Part shown: piece after piece, positions 61,036 through 64,000 of the stretch
Numbering within the stretch: the stretch's first letter is position 1
Layout of the letters: the number at the start of each line of letters is the position of its first letter
Assembly: GCA_964019425.1 (NCBI GenBank)
Contig: OZ025793.1
Location: forward strand, 496,001 to 560,000
Direction of reading: 5' to 3'
Length of the DNA: 64,000 bases
Source: Flectonema sp. DT1601
Taxonomy: Eukaryota
Position numbers and translations under genes: made by a program
Notes under the pieces: model-generated
Seen by the model: only the letters and a program-made list of their open reading frames with translations
The model's database searches: none
What the model was told of the DNA's origin: nothing

Positions 61036-63197
61036 ATGAGTGAGGACACAATACCTCATGAAAATGATAACAGTGGAACAGTAACAGAACCGACAGAGCA
61101 GAAAGAAGTTGAGAAAGCAAAAACTGCAGAAGATATCTGTAAAATATTACAAAGTGTGGAAGTAATTCCAAAGGAGTACCGACCTTGGTGCGCACTTCCA
61201 GTTCATATGATATGGTGTCCTGACACTTTGAGATCTGTGAGTTGTCCTCAAACAGCAAAAGCAATCAGACCAGGCACATCAAGAAATAATTTCGGACGAA
61301 CAGGTATCGCCAATCTTGGTAATACTTGTTACATGAGTAGTGCTTTACAGTGTCTGTCACACACGACTCATTTCAGAGATTACTTTCTACGAGATTCATA
61401 TGTTCATCATTTAAATAGCAACAATCCTATTGCTTTCGGAGGAGAGATAGCCACAGCATTTACAAAACTAATAAAGACCTTATGGAGCGGACATGCTTGT
61501 GTATCTCCGCGTGCTTTCCGACGGACGCTTGCCCCTCACATGGAAGCCTTTGCTTCAATTCAACAACAAGATGCTCAAGAGTTTATGATTTATTTATTAG
61601 ACGCATTGCATGAGGAAGTCAATAGAGTTATAAATAAGAAGTATGTCAATAAACCTGAAACACAAGAAGCTACCAGTAGCTGGGATCATCACCTTATAAG
61701 AAATCAGTCATCGGTAGTCGATCTGTTTCAAGGAATGTTGAAATCATACCTGCAGTGTGACAATTGTCAACAATCGAGTGTTACATTCGATCCGATGATG
61801 TTTTTCTCTATTCCAGTTCAGTGTGAGGCAGCTCTGTATCAGTATGTTCGGGTTATTTACCGTCCTTTGGACTTGAGTCTTCCTACGACGTGGTTTTGTT
61901 TTAAAGTTTTACGTGGTGGTTCTGTTACTCAAATAACTCGAGAGATTTACTCAGTTTTAGCGACGTCATCAAGCGATCAAACGGTTCAGTTATATCTTCA
62001 TCATCCTAGACATATGCCTCTTACTGAGGAAAATACAATTGAACAAGTGTCGTTGTTCGCTTCTAATCAGGCTCTTGGAGAACCTATTATCGAAGCATAT
62101 GAACACTTGCCGGTAAAGAAAAGTCCGGTTCCTAAGGGAAAGGAAAACCCAATTGAAAATATGACGATGTTGATTCAGGTGGTTCACAGACAAATGGAGG
62201 ACAGTGACACAGATGAATGTGATGAAGACGTTGATATTGTAACTGTTATCAGAATTCAAGCTACAGCAACAAACGCTGATCTTTATGAAGTTATTAGAGA
62301 AGAGTTCGAGGATAGTGCTCTTCAGACTGTTTCATTCGAACGAGAGCCGTGTAAAGATTGTTCTCAATCAAAGTCTCTAATGATCATCTTCAACGATTGT
62401 TGTGCAAAACAACAAGATCCTCAATATAAAAAAAGAAAAGAATTTTGTATATTGTCACAGAAACTCATCAGAGTTTATGCTCACTGGAATTACTCTTTTA
62501 TACCAACACAGCCTTCTGACGTGAATCATAGTTCGGTAGCTTATGCATCTCAGCATCCATTATCATCATCAAACGTATTGTCACTTGACTACTGTCTTAG
62601 GCAACACAACACAACCGAACAACTGGACTGGCACAATCCTTGGTTTTGTCCAAAGTGTAAGGCTCAACGATGTGCCTTCAAAACACTTTCACTTTGGAAA
62701 CTACCACAATACCTCGTTATTCAGCTTAAGAAATTTTCGTTTAATTCTCATGGGTGTGTATAATTTTTATTTTTGTTTGAATGTATTTCTTGCACTTTAA
62801 CAAAAAATAATGGATGGTTCCGTACACGCAAACAAGACATCAAGACATGTTCCAACGATTTTCTGTTTTGTTTAAAATTTTAAAAAAAAAAACAAAAAAA
62901 AAAAAAAACAGCATTCGTCGTAAAATCGATGCGAGGATAACGTATCCAACAGATGGACTTGATATGCGGCCATATCTTGATGGTGCTGTAAGGGATGAAG
63001 TTGAAGATACAATTTACGATTTATACGCTGCTGTGCTGCATCATGGTAGTGTTAATGTAGGTCACTTCACAGCTATTGCAAAGAGCAACGGGCGCTGGTT
63101 CTATTTCGACGATGATTTGGTCGAAGAAATTGGATTGGAGGACGTCGTTGATTACAGCGCCTACTTGTTATTTTATGAAAAGAGAGGTCAAAAATAA
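61036..63197 (+). CDS. Ubiquitin-specific protease (C19, USP4/11/15-like). Exons 61036-62753 and 62912-63197
   Basis: Cys box GIANLGNTCYMSSALQCL, QQDAQEF, WFCPKCK, LP.YLVIQLKKF, His box HHG...GHFTA, FDD. 158-nt phase-2 intron. Confidence 0.93.
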
Positions 63198-64000
63198 TTT
63201 TATAATAATAATAATTTTCTTTTTTTTTCTTTCCTCCTTCCTGCATTCACGTTGATATTTACCAGGTAAGTAGATTGTCACCGAGCGCAATATCTTGAAC
63301 TTGTAACGAATATATCACTACTGCACAATCATATTTCATTCTGTATATTTTGTTTACACTGCTTAACTTTTTTTTTCGAGGTTCGTTTCCGTGTAGAGGG
63401 ACCCAACTTGAGATGAAGATGCCACAATATATAGCATCTAATTTGCGTTTTTGATGTTTTTGATGTTTTTTCTTTTTTTTTTTTTTTTAAAATATCGTTT
63501 TTTCTGTGTTGTTGCCATTTTTTTTTCCAGACAAGTGAGAACGAGAGTATTCTGCACTAAACAATGTTGGGGGGGCAGCACGGGGGTTTTCGTGTAAACA
63601 AAAACCATCAAAAAAACACAAGTGTTATATAATTCTATTTTTCTGTATAGTTTTTTTTATGCCAAGACATATACTATATATACTTCCAGAAATTTATTGC
63701 TGTAGTAGTGTAGCAGCATTCGTATCGAATCTCCTGATTGTATAATCGGGAAAAACGGTTTGACGTTATCTAATTTGTGTTCTTCGAGCCTCACATCCCT
63801 ATCCCTTCTGTTCTATTACAGCATTGAGAGACAACGTTTTGTTAACTCTTTTTTGGTTCGTAACAACAGTTTTTCTTTGTTAAACTCCATTTTAATTATA
63901 AAAAAATTTCTATTTCACAGGAACTCAGTTGAGGGAGGGGCGGGGCGAACACGATGAGTAATACAGCCCTAGTGATGTTCCGAGAAAGTTTTTTTTTATA

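Overview
AT-rich eukaryotic genomic DNA. All recognisable protein genes (about 23, plus 2 pseudogenes) lie on the + strand, most with an AG acceptor just upstream of the ATG, and a few carry short GT-AG introns. This layout fits a polycistronic, trans-spliced euglenozoan, most likely a diplonemid (inference). Left part: two tandem NTF2/SnoaL-like + Cys/His zinc-finger paralogs, a GH27 alpha-galactosidase, a large NAD-dependent glutamate dehydrogenase with an apparent N-terminal GAF domain, a 5-exon FHA-kinase-WWE gene, palmitoyl-protein thioesterase, a membrane PDZ-like protein, an EF-hand protein and a SNF1/CIPK-like kinase with a C1 domain. Middle (28.2-54 kb): a tandem array of 8 intact and 2 decayed Thr/Ser-rich type-I membrane mucin-like genes in two subfamilies. 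The array shows gene-conversion mosaicism, conserved RNA-like stems in otherwise unrelated spacers, and a hotspot of TIR elements, one of which occurs at the same site forward, inverted or absent. Right part: a mitochondrial hypothetical protein, ChaC, a double-domain GT32-like glycosyltransferase, an F-box protein and a USP deubiquitinase. All domain calls are by eye; no searches were run.
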